NCBI RefSeq assembly: GCF_016650035.1
Contig: NZ_JAENWM010000004.1
Span: 5,896-69,895, forward strand
Source: Clostridium sp.
GTDB lineage: Bacteria; Bacillota; Clostridia; Clostridiales; Clostridiaceae
Length of the DNA: 64,000 nt
Direction: 5' to 3'
Part shown: positions 1-10,188 of the stretch, piece after piece
Numbering within the stretch: position 1 is the stretch's first letter
Layout of the letters: every line of letters begins with the position of its first letter
The notes under the pieces: model-generated
Databases searched by the model: none
What the model was told of the DNA's origin: nothing
The model's input: only the letters and a program-made list of their open reading frames with translations
Position numbers and translations under genes: made by a program

Positions 1-2719
1 ATCCACTTACCAATTTTACAAGATCTGAGCCATCAGTTTTCATTCTATAAATCCCAAGCTTGTCATCCGGCTGTGAGTATGTGTAATTGCTAAAGTAGAC
101 ATAGCCATTTGAAGCATTTAAGCCGTATAAAGCGTAATTGGAATCTGGAATTGTATAAAGTACTTCCTCACTGCTGCCGTCAACTTTAGCTTTCTTTATC
201 TTTTGGTAAGTATCATCACTATAGTATATCCATCCATCTTCAATAGAAAAGAACCTTGGGCTGCTAGTTGATACCCTTTGGGCGGTGCTTCCATCTGTCT
301 TTATACGATAAAGCCCAATGTTATTGTCTGCTTTGTTGAGTAAAGATAAATATACCCAATTTTCAATTACAACTATAGCTTGAGGCTCGATACAAACAAG
401 AGAATTTTTAGTTTCAAAATCAATTTTTTTCTTACTTGTTCCATCGGTTTTTATTTTATATAAAAAATTCTCTTGTGATTCAGAAGCGCCTTTTTCCAAA
501 TAATAAATCCAATCATTAACCACAGCGATACCCATGGTTTGAGAATTAACTATAAGGGTTTTAGAGGAACCATCTTTTTTTATTTTGTATATGCCTTTAC
601 CCACCATGAAATCCGAATAGTAAATCCAATCTCCAATTGTATTGAGGGAACTGCATACTGATTCACTAATCTTTGACTTTGATGATCCATCCGGCTTGCT
701 CTTGTATAGCTTGTACCCGTCACTTGAATTCAGGTAATAATTGTATTGTCCGTCGCTAACTACATTTCCCCCATTTGTCAGATTTCCAGAAGTGTTTCCA
801 TAAGTATAACTAATTGGTTGTTTTAGTGAAGTTACTATATCATTACTTATTACACCTTCTCCACCGAATACAATTATAGTTGTTATATTTTGTGTATATA
901 GCAACTCTTTCTGCTCCGTTATATTCTTATTGTCCACGAGTAGCACACTACAATTCTTTCTTGCAGCGAGTACTGATCCACTTAAAGCATCTGGGAAATC
1001 TATTCCGGTAGCTACAGTTATAGTATCTGTAGTTAGATTAAAATACTCTATTATCTTCATTGAGGTTTCATATCTATCTTTTCCACCTAACCTAACTATA
1101 GTTATGTTAGCATTTAGGAGCTTAATTTGTGCTTCAATATTAGTGCTAAGCACTCCTGTTCCACCAATTATATAGACAGTTGTTGGTTGTATATTAGTTA
1201 TATCACTACTAACGCTAGCTAATAAATTTTCTTTACCATTTAATAATATTGGATACCCCTTTATATCAGCTATACTTGATATACTAAGTGCATCTGCAAA
1301 GCTACTTCCTGTTGTGATAACAATACTTGTACCTTTAGGTACCTTTAGATAATCGACTATTCTTTGGTTTGTTTCATAACGATCCTTACCACCAAGTCTA
1401 ATTATATTATAACCATTTATAGTTAGATAATCTGAAATCTCACTACTAACTGCACCAGTACCACCTAATATATAGATGTCTTTTTCTTTGCTTAAGTTTG
1501 TTGTAATATATTCTAATACCGTTTTGCTGTTACTAACAGTCTTATTAACTAATAAAAGTGGTGCATTATACTTATAAGCAAGCCCTGAACCAGCTAAGGC
1601 ATCCGCAAAATTATTTGCTGTAGCTAGTACAATTGCATCTGGTGCTTTATCAGTATATTGTTCTTTCGCTATAGCTATAGAAGTTTCTATTCTATTAACT
1701 CCAGCTAATCTTTGTACGGTTGTTACTGGTATTTGAGTTGTCCACTTTGCGTAAAGTGTTGTGTCTACAGTTACTCTATCTGCTGTAAAGTTCCAGGCAT
1801 TTATACACCCCGCTTCTTTATACCAGCCTCCAAATGTATAACCTGTCTTTGTTGGTCCTGCAGGTTTAGATACTTTTTCATTGTAATTAACAGATTGATT
1901 TACTACTATTTGTCCCCCGTTTGGAATAAAATTTACTATATATTTTTTTGAGATAATTTTTACATTAAATGTAGTTGTCTTATCATTAATCCTCATCGTT
2001 ACTACTTGTCCGATAACTGGATCACTGCTATCAAACCCACTTATGGAAAGCATAGAATTAGCTATTATTCCTGTTGTTCCATCATTGTAATATCCCGTAA
2101 CAACAAGTCCATTAAGATCTAAGCTCTCTCCTACTACATAATCTGTCTTTGTTGGCGGAGTTGTAACTTCTATGCCAATTTTCAATGTTATCTGCCCATA
2201 CCAAGGATTTTTAAACCCTGTATTTCCACAAAGGTAGTAGAATTTCAAATTGGAAGAGCAACCGTAAAACACAAATTCACCTATAGTTGGAGCATTTCCT
2301 AAGAATTGAACTTCAACCAAATTTCCACAGCCATTAAACGCACTATTACCAATGTTGATTACACTACTTGGGATAGTTACGCTCTTTAAACTACTACCTG
2401 CAAATACATAATTGCCGATGCTGGTTACACTATTTGGTATGGTTATGCTCATCAGACTGGTGGAACCAGAAAAAGCACCGTCACCAATACTAGTAACGGT
2501 ATAATCAAACACGCCATTGTTAATTATATTGGGAACTGTTAAGTTACTTCCTGAACCTGTATAATCAGTAATCGATGCTGTGATACCTGAAACACTATAT
2601 TCATAACCATCAGATGTAACAGCAGCAGATGCTATTTGTGGTTGTATTATTGGTATTACTAGCAATATAAATGAAATAGCTATAATACATAATAATGACT
2701 TAAATATTGGTTTTTTCAT
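1..2719 (-). CDS. Secreted cell-wall-binding surface protein (signal peptide, BspA-type LRR, Ig-like, InlB B-repeat, 3x CW_binding_2, DUF5050-like propeller); 3' end runs off the window
   Basis: Translated by hand from ATG 2719 (RBS GGGGGA): MKKPIFKSLLCIIAISFILL..; TIPNSVTSIG/TIPSSVINIG LRRs; PTKTDYVVGESLDLNG Ig-like; PTKTGYTFGGWY..TLYAKW B-repeat; three (L)AG/GG.(N/D)R.ET..FADALS/FPDALS repeats; DWIYY..YKIKKDGS propeller repeats. No stop found before base 1, consistent with its absence from the ORF track. Confidence 0.85.
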   Translation of the reverse strand, partial: MKKPIFKSLLCIIAISFILLVIPIIQPQIASAAVTSDGYEYSVSGITASITDYTGSGSNLTVPNIINNGVFDYTVTSIGDGAFSGSTSLMSITIPNSVTSIGNYVFAGSSLKSVTIPSSVINIGNSAFNGCGNLVEVQFLGNAPTIGEFVFYGCSSNLKFYYLCGNTGFKNPWYGQITLKIGIEVTTPPTKTDYVVGESLDLNGLVVTGYYNDGTTGIIANSMLSISGFDSSDPVIGQVVTMRINDKTTTFNVKIISKKYIVNFIPNGGQIVVNQSVNYNEKVSKPAGPTKTGYTFGGWYKEAGCINAWNFTADRVTVDTTLYAKWTTQIPVTTVQRLAGVNRIETSIAIAKEQYTDKAPDAIVLATANNFADALAGSGLAYKYNAPLLLVNKTVSNSKTVLEYITTNLSKEKDIYILGGTGAVSSEISDYLTINGYNIIRLGGKDRYETNQRIVDYLKVPKGTSIVITTGSSFADALSISSIADIKGYPILLNGKENLLASVSSDITNIQPTTVYIIGGTGVLSTNIEAQIKLLNANITIVRLGGKDRYETSMKIIEYFNLTTDTITVATGIDFPDALSGSVLAARKNCSVLLVDNKNITEQKELLYTQNITTIIVFGGEGVISNDIVTSLKQPISYTYGNTSGNLTNGGNVVSDGQYNYYLNSSDGYKLYKSKPDGSSKSKISESVCSSLNTIGDWIYYSDFMVGKGIYKIKKDGSSKTLIVNSQTMGIAVVNDWIYYLEKGASESQENFLYKIKTDGTSKKKIDFETKNSLVCIEPQAIVVIENWVYLSLLNKADNNIGLYRIKTDGSTAQRVSTSSPRFFSIEDGWIYYSDDTYQKIKKAKVDGSSEEVLYTIPDSNYALYGLNASNGYVYFSNYTYSQPDDKLGIYRMKTDGSDLVKLVSG

Positions 2720-2786
2720 TATTATCCCCCCTTGTTTTTATGTACTATAATTTTAACTTTTTGTAAACAAACTATCAACAATCAAA

Positions 2787-3165
2787 TTATGGTATAAATT
2801 TTATACATATAAAATTTCCTATTTGTGCCTTCAGCATTCTCTTTTGAAAAATTCGAGTAATGGCATAAATAATAGGCAGTAGTAGGAAAGTAATAATTCC
2901 AAGCCTTGCACTGAATATCCAGATAGAAACAACAATTCCTATAACTTTTAAGCAGTCTATCATCATTCCGATAATACCACCTGTAAACATGGAACTTATT
3001 GCATCCACATCATTAGTAAACCTTGAAACAATTGTGCCTGTATCATTTGAGGAGGAATTAAGCTTGCTATAACAACACCACAAACAGCAAAACTAGTATT
3101 ACATCAATTCTTATATTTTTTTTAATCACGCGAGTAATTGAGTTTTTTACTAGACTACTGCTCAT
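2787..3165 (-). pseudogene. ABC exporter permease/ATPase subunit 2, N-terminal fragment
   Basis: ATG 3165 after RBS; early stop or frameshift; DTGTIVSRFTNDVDAISSMFTGG is typical of an ABC transmembrane domain; breaks off after KRMLKAQIGN, with no NBD. Confidence 0.75.
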
Positions 3166-4565
3166 AACTATCTCCCCCCGTAGATTGTAGATTTATTATT
3201 GTTCTATAAACTTCAGAACTTTTCAGCGGCTCATCATGTGTACCATAATCTACTGTTTTATCATTGTTCAGACACACAATGTGGTCCACTTCCTTAAAAA
3301 TAGTTAAGCGGTGTGAAATTAATATAATCAAGCTATCTTTATAATTATTTTTAAGATTTTTAATGATTTCTTCTTCTGTTTTCATATCAACTGCAGAGAA
3401 TGGATCATCTAAAACCATAATTTTATTTTTCTTTAAAAGGGTTCTTGCCAGAGATATCCTTGCCTGTTGACCCTCACTCAATTTCATTCCGTTGTTACCG
3501 ACAAGTGTATTTTCGCCAAGAGGCATTGCTTCTAAATCAGTATAGAAACAAACATCCTTTAAAACAGAAGTAATGTCCTCATCACTCCCAAGTGTAATAT
3601 TTTTATAAATGCTATCAGAAAGCAATTGAGGCTTATGACCTAGGTAAGAAATCATCTAGCTTCTGTCATATTCAGAGTAGTCCTTAATCTCCTTACCATC
3701 TATCTTAATACTACCTATATAAGGATAAAATCCAAGAAAACATAATCCAAGTGTAGATTTTCCAGAGGCAATAGAACCGGTTACCCCTATTATTTCCTCT
3801 TGCCTTCCCTTAAAACTTATATTTTCAATTATATTCTCTTTGCCGTTAGGGTAGGAAAAGCTAAGATTCTCTACTGAAAGTATTGCACTATCCTTAATGT
3901 CCAGGGAAGTGGTAACTTTGCTTTGGTATTCCGTAAAATAAGGTTTAATACGTTTCCAGGATATCTGTGATTTTTGCATAGAATTAAATAACTTTGCTGC
4001 CTTAGTTGCCATAGCAGCAAACATAATTAGATAGGTAGAAAGATTACCTACAGTCCAATCACCATTAATAACCTTTGTCCCTCCAAGGTAAATTACTATA
4101 ATTATTCCAAGCATTGCAATAACATTATAAATTGGTTGCATTGAATTTTCTAGAATGTTCGCTTTAATTACTTTGTTTTGTAAGTCTTCTAATTCAAAAT
4201 TATAACTTGCTATATTTTGATCTTCCATCCCAGTTGATCTATAGATCATGGCATTTTCAATAGCATCATAGGTAATATCCGTCACATAACTACTTTTTAT
4301 GCGATAGGCAATGGTGTACTTGTAAATAATACTTTTTAATTTTTCAGCAAGCACCATGGCAACAGGAATAAAAGCACAGGAGAGAATAGTTATTTTAACA
4401 TCATAAAACAGCATTGATATAAAATAAGCCTCATGGTAGCGCTTGTACTATTAGCAAAGCGCCTTATGTAGAAACGCTTAAAGTAGCGCATCAATTGAAT
4501 TATTGCTATAAGAGCAACAAAAGTAGAGACCAGTATTACTACCGAGGATAGTTTATAACCGCCAA
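3155..4565 (-). pseudogene. ABC exporter permease/ATPase subunit 1, disrupted
   Basis: ORFs 3656..4414 and 3155..3655 are in one frame, split by TAG at 3656-3658. Walker A GSIASGKS, signature LSEGQ (G>E), Walker B MVLDD. Frameshift near 4400; 5' end missing. Confidence 0.85.
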
Positions 4566-4566
4566 T

Positions 4567-4908
4567 AATGGAATAGAAGTTTGTAGAAGAATACGACAAT
4601 CATCTGGAGTACCTATTATTACGCTTACTGCCAAAAGTGATATATCGGACAAAGTTTTAGGACTAGATGTAGGTGCAAATGATTATCTTACGAAACCATT
4701 TGCAATAGAGGAACTCTTAGCAATGATAAGGGTGTATGAAAGAAATAAATCCATAAGTAATAAGTCAGATGAAATTAAGGTAAAGGATATTGTGCTTTCA
4801 AGGGAGCATTTAATTGAAATAGTATGGTGTTATGACTATACTGGGGATACCAATATAGTCGATGTATTTATAAGGCATTTGCGAATTAAAATTGAAGAAC
4901 CTTTTGAT
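4567..4908 (+). pseudogene. OmpR/ArlR-like response regulator remnant
   Basis: In-frame translation NGIEVCRRIRQSSGVPIITLTAKSDISDKVLGLDVGANDYLTKPFAIEELLA..NIVDVFIRHLRIKIEEPFD; N-terminus absent, internal deletion in the winged helix. Confidence 0.85.
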
Positions 4909-5358
4909 ACAATAATTAAGGCCGTCGACAATATTAGTATTAATAATTTAAAGAAAAAAAATTGAAGTTACTGGTCCTGATGATGAGCTCAAAAGATTAG
5001 GTAATACTTTTAACAATAGAATAGATAGACTTCAGGGGGCTTTTGACAGACAAATTCAGTTTGTATCCGATGCTTCACATGAACTTAGAACTCCTATTGC
5101 AGTTATACAAGGGTATGCAAACCTACTTGATAGATGGGGAAAAGATGATAGAGAAGCCCTTGAAAAATCTATTTATGCTATTAAGCTCGAAACTAGTAAT
5201 ATGGTAAAATTAGTTGAAAATTTATTGTTTATAGCAAAAGGTGATCAGGACTTGGATTATCTATCGCTAAATTAATTGTGGATATACATAAAGTAAGCAT
5301 AAATGTAGAAAGTCAAGAAGGTATTGGCACAAAAATAATTGTTATATTGAACACCTAG
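4909..5358 (+). pseudogene. HAMP-histidine kinase remnant
   Basis: DDELKRLGNTFN..QFVSDASHELRTPIAVIQGYANLLDRWGK (H-box), then a jump to the C-terminal VESQEGIGTKIIVILNT*; sensor domain and most of the ATPase domain deleted. Confidence 0.85.
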
Positions 5359-5392
5359 ATCTCAGAATTGTCTGTTTTCTAGGTGTTTTTTT
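5350..5392 (+). terminator. Intrinsic terminator after the kinase remnant
   Basis: AACACCTAGA..TCTAGGTGTT 10 bp stem followed by a T-run. Confidence 0.7.
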
Positions 5393-5408
5393 ATAAAATC
5401 ATCTAATT

Positions 5409-5463
5409 TTTAAGCGAATCCTAAGACTATTTTAATCTATTTTTAATATTACAAATATATAAT
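5409..5463 (+). promoter_or_regulatory. Four 11-bp-phased hexamers (CiaR-box-like) plus -10 element upstream of uppP
   Basis: TTTAAG-N5-CCTAAG-N5-TTTAAT-N5-TTTAAT-N10-TATAAT. Confidence 0.65.
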
Positions 5464-5540
5464 ATGATTATTGGAAAGTATATAAAAAGTTTTTTTGAAA
5501 TTTTCAATTCATTGAATATCGTATAAGGGGTGTATATTAC

Positions 5541-6368
5541 ATGGATTTAAACATTATATTTGTATTAAAAGCTATAATAATATCTATAGTAGAAGGGATA
5601 ACAGAATTTATTCCCATTTCCTCTACTGGTCATATGATTATTGTAGGAGATATTATCAATTTTAAAGGGGGGTTTGCAACTAGTTTTGAGGTAGTCATTC
5701 AGTTAGGTGCTATTCTTGCAATTATAGTTTTATATTGGAATACGATATGGTCCTCAGTTGTGGAGTTCTTTCAGACGAAACCATCAGGAGTTAAATTCTG
5801 GACTAATATTATCGTTGCATTTATACCAGCGGCATTTTTCGGTTTTCTTCTAAATGATAAAATAGATGAATACCTTTTTAATTCAGGAACTGTTGCAGTA
5901 GGGTTAATAGTTGGTGGAATTCTAATGATTATTGTAGAAAATAAATTTAGGAATAAGTACACAACTGATAGTATAGAAAAAATAAATATTAAACAATCAT
6001 TTAAAATTGGTTTTTTCCAATGCCTTGCATTATGGCCAGGTATGTCTAGGTCCGCTTCAACAATAATGGGAGGTTGGATTTGTGGTGTTTCTACAGTTGC
6101 TGCAACTGAGTTTTCATTTTTCCTCGCTATACCAACTATGCTTGGAGCTACAACATTAACTTTATTAAAAACGGGTATGAGTTTTACTGGGGGAGAAATT
6201 ATTACTTTAGTTATTGGATTCATTGTAGCTTTTTTAGTTGCATTGGTAGTAGTAGAAAAATTTGTTACTTATTTAAAGAAAAAGCCTATGAAAATTTTCG
6301 CTATTTATAGAATAATAGTAGGTTTAACCTTGCTATTATTAATTCAAATAGGTACTATTTCATTATAA
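5541..6368 (+). CDS. uppP: Undecaprenyl-diphosphate phosphatase
   Basis: VEGITEFIPISSTGH, FEVVIQLGAILA, PGMSRSASTI motifs; 275 aa, hydrophobic. Confidence 0.97.
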   Translation: MDLNIIFVLKAIIISIVEGITEFIPISSTGHMIIVGDIINFKGGFATSFEVVIQLGAILAIIVLYWNTIWSSVVEFFQTKPSGVKFWTNIIVAFIPAAFFGFLLNDKIDEYLFNSGTVAVGLIVGGILMIIVENKFRNKYTTDSIEKINIKQSFKIGFFQCLALWPGMSRSASTIMGGWICGVSTVAATEFSFFLAIPTMLGATTLTLLKTGMSFTGGEIITLVIGFIVAFLVALVVVEKFVTYLKKKPMKIFAIYRIIVGLTLLLLIQIGTISL

Positions 6369-6389
6369 ATAATAAAAAAACATCTAATA

Positions 6390-7164
6390 TTATAGGTAAG
6401 TTACCTCTAATGGATTTCTATTCACTAACTTCTTATTGCTATACTTAGGATATCCAACCATAACAGCAGCTGTTATGGTTTTTCCGTCTGGAATATTAAA
6501 CAATTTAATCAGTGGTGAATCCTTAGTGATGCACAACACTCAAAATATCCAGCCCAACAAGTTCCAAGTCCTAGTGAAGGCGCAAATAATTCTAGATAAG
6601 TTAAAGAAGAAATAGAATTACCCCTTCCACCTAAAAAATCTTTGTCCCGAGTAGTCATAATTAAGTTTGGGGCACCACGTAAAATCGGGTCAATTCCGGT
6701 TTCTCTATACACACTAATTAACCCTTTGAATGCGTTATTTGGCGATTTTTCAAGCATTTCAATTATAAGTTCAACAGTTTTTTAACTAATTGAGTATCCT
6801 CAACTACCACATATGATACACCTTGACTATTACTTCCAGTAGGTGCTAACCTTGCAATATCAACTGATTTAGTTGATTTTTCTCGTGAAACAGACTTATC
6901 TTGATAATTTCTTATAGAACGACGTAACCTTAGAAAATGCTCTGCCTGCCCTGCATTTAATTTTGGAAACTCTTTCCCATCAACTTGCTTTGAAATCGGT
7001 GTTTTTTTATTATCTATAGCTCCAGTAGAGCATATAGCAATGCAATGTCCACAGGCAATGCAATTGGTGTTTGATACCTCTTCTGGAACATTTTCTCCCA
7101 TCATTAGAACAAATGCTGGATATGACTTAATACATTTTTCTTCAGTTACTGTTATAAAATCCGT
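6390..7164 (-). pseudogene. 4Fe-4S/nitroreductase family protein, disrupted
   Basis: Start codon appears as ACG after RBS AAGGGG; CIACGHCIAIC ferredoxin motif; RRSIRNY and APTGSNSQ nitroreductase motifs; LGLGTCWAG; frameshifts near 6760 and 6525; C-terminus ..VMVGYPKY..RNPLEVTYL* ends at 6390. Confidence 0.85.
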
Positions 7165-7271
7165 TTTTTTTAATCCCCTTGCTAAAATTTATTATTTCTA
7201 ACGTTCTTATCCTTGTCTATGCATGAGTTTAGCATATTGTATTTAAAACACAAGTACGCACATTTCTATTT

Positions 7272-7326
7272 GTAAGCGTAAAATAGCTCAGGCCTTAGTT
7301 TAAGGTGTGGTCTATTTTACGCTTAC
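7272..7326. terminator. Long hairpin (probable terminator)
   Basis: GTAAGCGTAAAATAG / CTATTTTACGCTTAC perfect 15 bp arms, with an inner GCCTTA-GTT-TAAGGT stem. Confidence 0.55.
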
Positions 7327-7548
7327 GGTTTTCTCTATATTCTTTTTTTTCAATTCTTAGCTGATTACGACTCACACGTATTCTCCAACCACCATAAGGT
7401 TTTCGACTTCCATATTATAATACACTCTTGTGTGATATAATATGGAATTTTATTTGGGGTGTTTTTTCCTATCCCCCGAAAAACGGAGTAAGCAAAAACC
7501 CTAATTGGCAATCCATAATAAGAAAACAAGGTATTATTTACCACCCTA

Positions 7549-7810
7549 TTATTGATTAATAAATTTATAGAATGTAGTTTTCTTTAAATCTAATATTTTC
7601 ATAACATCAACACCACTTATATCACCATCTTGCATCATTTTATAATATCCTTCCCATAGCTTAGGATACCCTATAGGCTTACGTTCTTTGTACTTCCTTC
7701 TGTTACCGCAAAGTTATACCTTTCATTTGTCTGTCCTTTAAGTAGTCACGTTCAAGTTGTGCAACTGCTCCAAATACTGTGAGCATGAATAGCATATTCG
7801 CTACATTTAG
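7549..7810 (-). pseudogene. Serine recombinase (resolvase) C-terminal remnant
   Basis: MLTVFGAVAQLERDYLKDRQMKGI, frameshift, then KPIGYPKLWEGYYKMMQDGDISGVDVMKILDLKKTTFYK*; resembles resolvase helix E plus HTH (recalled, not searched). Confidence 0.65.
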
Positions 7811-7959
7811 TTGGTGCCTTTTTATCAGTAGTAGGGTTAATACTTCTAATTAAATTTTCTCTAGCTGCTTCAAATTGGTACAATACCATTATACTTGAAG
7901 TTTACGTAATTTTATACTTATCTTCAAATATGTAGTATACTTTAACTGATTTGCAATAA

Positions 7960-8421
7960 TTATTAGCTTATTTAGAACTATCAAAGCTTAAATATGGTGA
8001 TGTTCAATTTACTGCTTATAATTCTACTAATCTATCTTTAGTCACTAAACAATCTCTAAAAATTTTAAATTGTACTGTTAATGTAGCAGTCTTTTCTGAA
8101 GGATACTATCCTGATTGCATTGTTACCCTACCCTTCATTAAGATAATGGCAGCTGAAAACAATAACATAAACTTATTTTGTTTCCCCAAAGCTGAAAATG
8201 AATTTTTTTTAGAGGAATGCACTGGCGATGCCAGAATTCCGACTATTTTAACCTTCGATAGTGAAATGAATCCAAAGGGCGCTTACGTAGAGTTCCCGAA
8301 GAATATGTTAGATAAAATGGCTCCATTGAAAATTGAAGAAAAGAAAAACTTAATTAATGATTATAGGCAAGAAAAATATAACTGCATGATTGAAGAAGAA
8401 CTCTTAGATATACTACTTTAA
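7960..8421 (+). pseudogene. Thioredoxin-family protein, 5'-truncated
   Basis: Frame extends upstream of ORF 8146 to a TAA near 7957 without a start codon; VAVFSEGYYPDCIVTLP (YPDC where CPDC is expected) and RIPTIL cis-Pro motif. Confidence 0.55.
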
Positions 8422-8433
8422 ATCATCTTCAAA

Positions 8434-8477
8434 AAATAAACACCCCTAATATTTTAAAATATTAAGGGTGTTTATTT
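8434..8477. terminator. Bidirectional terminator between convergent genes
   Basis: AAATAAACACCC..GGGTGTTTATTT inverted repeat. Confidence 0.7.
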
Positions 8478-8497
8478 ATTAATCCCCAAACTTTGAA

Positions 8498-9175
8498 CTA
8501 AACACTAGCGGGTCTAGGCTTAATCTTCGGGGTTTTATTAAAATTGCTTTTACCATTTAAAAATTCACAATAAGGGGCTATAGGACACTCCTGGCAATTA
8601 GGTTTCCTAGCTTTACATATTTTTCGCCCATACCATATAATATAATGATTAGCATCACTCCATATTTTTTTAGGAATATTTTTCATAAGCTCCTATTCTA
8701 CCTCTTCTACGTTTTTCCCTGCGGCAAACCCAATTCTTTTTGAAACTCTAAAAACGTGGGTATCTACAGCTATTGCAGGTATTCAGAAAGCATTAGATAG
8801 TACAACATTAGCGGTTTTTCTCTCTACACCGTTAAGCTCTGTTAATTCTTCCATAGTGCTAGGTACTTCTCCATTATGCTTTTCTAATATAAGTTTTGTA
8901 GCAGCTAAGATATTTTTACTCTTATTATTATAAAAACCACAACTTTTAATTTTTTCTCCTAGTTCCACCTGGGATAATATAATCATAGTTCCTGGCGTAT
9001 TGTACTTCGTGTATAGCTCTTTTGTAACAATATTTACTCGCTCATCTGTGCATTGTGCTGATAGTATGGTAGAAACTAAAAGTTCGTAATGATTTGTAAA
9101 ATCAAGTCCGCACTTCGCTCCAGCATATGTCTCATTAAGAATTTCTAGCACTGCTTTGATGTTTTTTTTATTCAT
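8498..9175 (-). pseudogene. nth: Endonuclease III with two in-frame nonsense codons
   Basis: LLVSTILSAQCTDERVN, HhH GVERKTANVVL (G>E), TGA at 8783-8785, AVDTHVFRV, TAG at 8693-8695, then C-X6-C-X2-C-X5-C; both ORF pieces are in the same frame. Confidence 0.92.
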
Positions 9176-10131
9176 TTAGTACCTATTCCTTTAGCCCTTA
9201 ATTTTTGGAGCATATCAGTAGTCATTTTTGCTAAATCATATTTAGCATCAAAGCCCCACTCATCCTTAGCACACGTTGGATCAATTGAATTTGGCCATGA
9301 ATCAGCAATTCCTTGTCTAGCTAGATCCACATCATATTCCATTTTAAATTCTGGTATATGTTTTTTTATTTCAGCGGCTATTTCTTCTGGTTCAAAACTC
9401 ATAGCTGCTATATTAAATGCATTTCTATGGATTAATTTTGATCCATCATCTTCCATTAAATCAATTATTGCGTTTATTGCATCTGGCATATACATCATAT
9501 CCATCTTAGTTCCTTTATCAATAAAGGAAGTGTAATTACCTGACTTTAATGCTTCATAATATATATCCACAGCATAATCAGTAGTTCCTCCACCTGGAAG
9601 AACTTCATAAGAAATTAACCCTGGAAAACGTACTCCTCTTGTGTCAACTCCAAACTTCTTAAAGTAATAATCACATAATAATTCTCCCGCAACTTTGTTT
9701 ACACCATACATAGTTGTAGGCCTTTGTATTGTATCCTGAGGAGTATTATCTTTAGGAGTGGTTGGTCCAAATGCACCTATGGAACTTGGTGTAAAGAACG
9801 AAAGCTTAAGTTCTCTAGCAACTTCTAGAGCATTTACAAGCCCACCCATATTTATAGTCCAAGCAAGTAGTGGCTTTGTTTCAGCTGTTGCTGATAATAA
9901 AGCTGCTAAATGTATGAGAGTGTCTACTTTATGTTTTTTACAAAGAAAGAGCATAGTTTTATGATCAGTTACATCTAGTAGCTCAAAAGGCCCACTTGTA
10001 ACTACTGGGCTCTCCTCTAGTTTCCTTAAATCTGTAGCTATTACATTGTCACTACCATAAACCTCTCTCATCTTCATTACTAGTTCTGAACCTATTTGTC
10101 CCAAGGCTCCTGTTACCAATATTTTTTTCAT
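9172..10131 (-). CDS. tdh: L-threonine 3-dehydrogenase (SDR/NAD-dependent epimerase type)
   Basis: [29 protein letters not shown]; directly downstream of kbl. Confidence 0.88.
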   Translation of the reverse strand: MKKILVTGALGQIGSELVMKMREVYGSDNVIATDLRKLEESPVVTSGPFELLDVTDHKTMLFLCKKHKVDTLIHLAALLSATAETKPLLAWTINMGGLVNALEVARELKLSFFTPSSIGAFGPTTPKDNTPQDTIQRPTTMYGVNKVAGELLCDYYFKKFGVDTRGVRFPGLISYEVLPGGGTTDYAVDIYYEALKSGNYTSFIDKGTKMDMMYMPDAINAIIDLMEDDGSKLIHRNAFNIAAMSFEPEEIAAEIKKHIPEFKMEYDVDLARQGIADSWPNSIDPTCAKDEWGFDAKYDLAKMTTDMLQKLRAKGIGTK

Positions 10132-10188
10132 CCTATTCCCTCCATATATAATAAATGTCTTATAATTTTGAATAGCCCAATAACGTTT

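Noticed and set aside
8693-8785. Possible selenocysteine or readthrough recoding of nth
   Set aside because: The TGA sits at a Gly position, a second TAG follows and the HhH glycine is also mutated; decay is the simpler explanation.
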